Source of the DNA: Squalus acanthias
Taxonomy: Eukaryota
Direction: 5' to 3'
Length of the DNA stretch: 64,000 bases
Assembly: GCA_030390025.1 (NCBI GenBank)
Contig: JASTWF010001160.1
Span: 1-64,000, forward strand
Shown here: positions 60,736 to 64,000 of the stretch, one piece after another
How positions within the stretch are numbered: position 1 is the stretch's first letter
How the letters are laid out: every line of letters begins with the position of its first letter
Notes under the pieces: model-generated
Told to the model about the DNA's origin: nothing
Seen by the model: the letters and a program-made list of their open reading frames with translations, nothing else
Databases searched by the model: none
Position numbers and translations under genes: made by a program

Positions 60736-61159
60736 GATGCTACCCCTCTTCCCCAGCATACCACACAACTTGTTTCTATTCTTTCATTTGACTGGAGTTT
60801 TGAATTTTGCCTTTGAAAAGGTCGCCTATTTTGAACCATCACAGTCTTGAAAACAAATCAGAACACCTACTTTTCAGGTTGAGTGTGAGGCTGCAATTTA
60901 TGGCCACTCATTTTACGGCAAATAGAGTAAATGTTACGAATCAGTGCTTCCCACGAAGAGTTTAGCGGGAATCTGGCAGTTGAGGTCAGTGTGTCTTGCA
61001 CAGTTTTCCAATCTATTAATTTAATGGTTAAAACCCGTGCAGAGACCACTGTTCCCAGTGCCCCAAAACCTTGATATGCACTCCAGTTGTGAAAAGCTAT
61101 GTGCTGGGAATGCTATTTCGTAAATCTACTTGTAATAGTTATTTTGGCACATATGATTT

Positions 61160-61190
61160 TATATATAGATATATATATATATATATATAT
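61160..61190 (+). repeat. (AT)n microsatellite
   Basis: Direct reading. Confidence 0.9.
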
Positions 61191-61540
61191 GTTTGGCGAA
61201 GCTAGCAGGGCTGCATTTGTTGCCCATCCCTAGTTGCCCTGAGGGCATTAAGGGTCAACTCCAATAGCCCAGTGTTAGATATTAATGGAGATCAGGGTGT
61301 CTAGGCCTGTGACATCCCCCACAGAATACAATCTGTGCAGCCTCACTGATGATGACTGCTTGCTGCCACCACCAACTCTATTATTCAGTTGGGTGCACTC
61401 CTCTCTGAAACTGTAGGACAGTGAAATGAGTTAACAGCAACGTGGCTCTGCAGGGTTCAAACTTTCTAATAGATTCTTCTCTTTGCCTCCAGCGTGATCT
61501 ATTCCAGAGAAACCATGAAACAAAGCCTTCCAAAAATATA

Positions 61541-61770
61541 CGGGTGGTAAATTGCTCATCAACAACCCATTTTACACCGCGCTCGATTTTCTTTCCCATT
61601 GAAGATAATGGGCGCAGTGTAAATCGACCCAGTGTAAATCGACCCAGTGTAAATCGGACTGAAAATTTGATATGAGCACATTTCGTGCTACTGCTGAAGA
61701 CCAATTCCACCTTCATAGGGTAGAACTGTCCCCCATTGATGTTAAAGCGGGGAGGGGAAATTTCAACCCG
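61541..61770. mobile_element. Small Harbinger-type MITE with internal 15-bp tandem repeat
   Basis: cgggtggtaaatt / aatttcaacccg; (agtgtaaatcgaccc) x~2.7 at 61616-61657. Confidence 0.6.
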
Positions 61771-62430
61771 TACACTTTGAAAAATTCTGTTCTCTCAGAT
61801 CACTCTTCCATGACCTAGAGTTCGCCTGTGTAGAATGTTAAAAACAAAACACAGACAGAGAAAAGCCCAATCAGCCTATCAAGTCCATTACTTCCAAAGA
61901 AGCATCCACCCATCTTGGCTATTTAATGTCCCGAGGGAATGTTATATATATATAGTCCTGATTCCCAAAGTTAATCAAATAAAATTCCAAGATATTTATC
62001 CATGCCTACTATTCAACTCTAGACGGCTGTCCTGCACAGGTGACATTGGCCTTACTGGCCCAGGAATTATCATGCCCCCTGGAGTATGTGATGGTGTCAG
62101 TCCGTACCTGTCCTCTAACTTTCAGTCACGTTCCTAACCAGACATTCATCTTGGTGGAGCTAATTAGCACAACAATAATTGCTTTCTCTGTGGGTTTGTT
62201 CCCCATATCCACTACTTTGTGGGGAAAGGAATCTTCTAATGTCTCAACCCACTAGAAACTTATTATTTTTCAAGTTGCGTCCTTTTACACTGTCATTTTA
62301 CACTTACAGTCCACGTTACAATTCAAGGTAATGTATCTTGGTTCATACACTTTCATCATGTAATGCACTGTTCTGTCGCCAGAGATTTCCTGTGTAATGC
62401 ATTGCCCAAGTATCCCTTCCCAGAGCGCGA

Positions 62431-62431
<1 letters not shown>

Positions 62432-62468
<37 letters not shown>
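62432..62468 (+). repeat. (CA)n microsatellite
   Basis: Direct reading. Confidence 0.95.
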
Positions 62469-62471
<3 letters not shown>

Positions 62472-62741
62472 TATGTTTAATGCACTCTTAGCATAAAGCT
62501 TTCTTCTATAATAAACTGCTTCCAGCTATAGAATTCCACTTACTGTAGTAACATCACTCTCAGATCATGGGTTTCATTGTTTGACAGGTTCCCCTACAAT
62601 AAGCTATCCTATCTTCTTCATACTGCAGCTCACAGTGCAGAGGAGATATCAGAAGCTATTTACAGTACAGGACAAAAAGCAAGAACTTTCTTTTCTTTGA
62701 TATTTCTCATCTAATGTCTGTCTTTGTTACCAACTGAGCCA

Positions 62742-63193
62742 TGTCAGCTGTGGCTCTGTTGATAGCACTCTCGCCGCGAGTCAGAAGGTTGTGGGTTCAA
62801 AGTCCCACTCCAGAGGCCTGAGCACAAAACTCTAGGCTGACACTCCAGTGTAGTACTGAGGGAGTGCTGCACTGTCGGAGGTGCCGTCTTTCGGATGAGC
62901 CGTTAAACTGAGGCCCCGTCTGCCCTCTCAGGTGGACATAAAAGATCCCATGGCACTATTTGGAAGAAGAACAGGGGAGTTCTCCCCGGTGTCCTGGCCA
63001 ATATTTATCACTCAATCAACATCACTAAAACAGATTATTGGTCATTATCACATTGCTGTTTGTGGGCGCTTGCTGTGTGCAAATTGGCTGCCGTGTTTCC
63101 TACATTACAACAGTGACTACACTTCAAAAACTAAATTGGCTGTAAAGCGCTTTGGGACGTCCTAAGGTTGTGAAAAGCGCTATACAAATGCAA
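62742..63193 (+). mobile_element. Full-length SacSINE1-like (Deu-domain) SINE
   Basis: tRNA head with A/B boxes (tggctc..g, ggttcaaagtccc), Deu-domain body, L2-like tail gcgctatacaaatgcaa. Confidence 0.9.
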
Positions 63194-63714
63194 TTTTTTT
63201 TATACAGACTCGCCTGTGGTGGAAACAGTTAAAAAGAACTGAAAACATGGTCCGTTCTATTTGCTACTAACTTCCCTTCATCACTCAAAAATATGTTGAC
63301 ACTGAAAAATCTTCCCAGATGGAGCAAAAGCGTGAGCATTGTTGGAAATTGTGTTTCTGTCTCGGCTTATTGCCTGATATTTCTCCCACAATATTGAGCT
63401 TCTTCACAGATTGGGATCAAATGTTTGTCATTCTTGTGAAATTTTGAACTTCACAGAATAACCAGCTTTCGATACCCTTTGCCTCTCTCTAATGGAGACT
63501 CATAGCATTGTCGGAAAAATGTCAGACAAAATGAATACAAATGTCATTTTGCTTTATTATGTTGCCATCTCTCCAAACTTCCTGCCTCTGTACTGAACTT
63601 CTTTCAGGGTTGCTGAGGAGAGATGATACTGAGTGAAGGACTTGAGACCTCGGACACAAGTTCCTAGCTGGTATTGTCATTTAAGTGACTGATAGCTTTG
63701 GATTGGCATCTAAA

Positions 63715-63847
63715 AAGAAAGACCTGCATTTATATATCACCTTTCACGACCTCAGGATGTCCCAAAGCTCTTTACAGCCAATTAAGTACTTTTTGAGGTG
63801 TAATCACAGATGTAGGAAACGTGGCAGCCAATTTGCACACAGCAAGG
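63715..63847 (-). mobile_element. SacSINE1-like SINE 3' fragment
   Basis: Family tail. Confidence 0.8.
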
Positions 63848-64000
63848 TAAGGAATGCCAAAGGATGCCACTGAGATATTGGAAGCATTCACAGATGGAGT
63901 CCATGGGTGACAGCTGCTGAGCATGTGTCCTGGTCACCACCAAACTAAATGACAGGACTCCTTGGGGTGCAAAGCAATGCTAGTAATGATGAATTTCCAA

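Noticed and set aside
61616-61657. CRISPR-like repeat
   Set aside because: Head-to-tail 15-bp tandem repeat with no spacers, inside a MITE in a eukaryotic context
62742-62815. tRNA genes at SINE heads
   Set aside because: A/B boxes are present but continue into SINE bodies; no proper cloverleaf

Overview
Repeat-dense, non-coding eukaryotic DNA, most likely from a shark (chondrichthyan; inferred from SacSINE1/Deu-domain SINEs and shark-type CR1 3' ends). No host protein-coding gene, tRNA, rRNA or CRISPR array could be supported. The window holds several element classes. (i) PIF/Harbinger DNA transposons: one near-complete copy with a HARBI1-like transposase pseudogene and a convergent three-exon Myb/SANT gene, three deleted copies, and many MITEs with 3-bp TSDs. 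(ii) CR1, L2, a second CR1-group LINE and a Vingi/Ingi LINE fragment. (iii) Three tRNA-derived SINE families, two of which share 3' tails with LINEs in the window. (iv) A 219-bp solo LTR and a hAT MITE. (v) Two families of Penelope-like short elements carrying minimal hammerhead ribozymes, repeatedly arranged as head-to-head palindromes with the apex right at the ribozyme. One palindrome is split at its cleavage site by a ~3.5-kb nested Harbinger-type element whose interior looks like captured genomic DNA with an exon-like segment. All family assignments come from reading motifs by eye, not from database searches.
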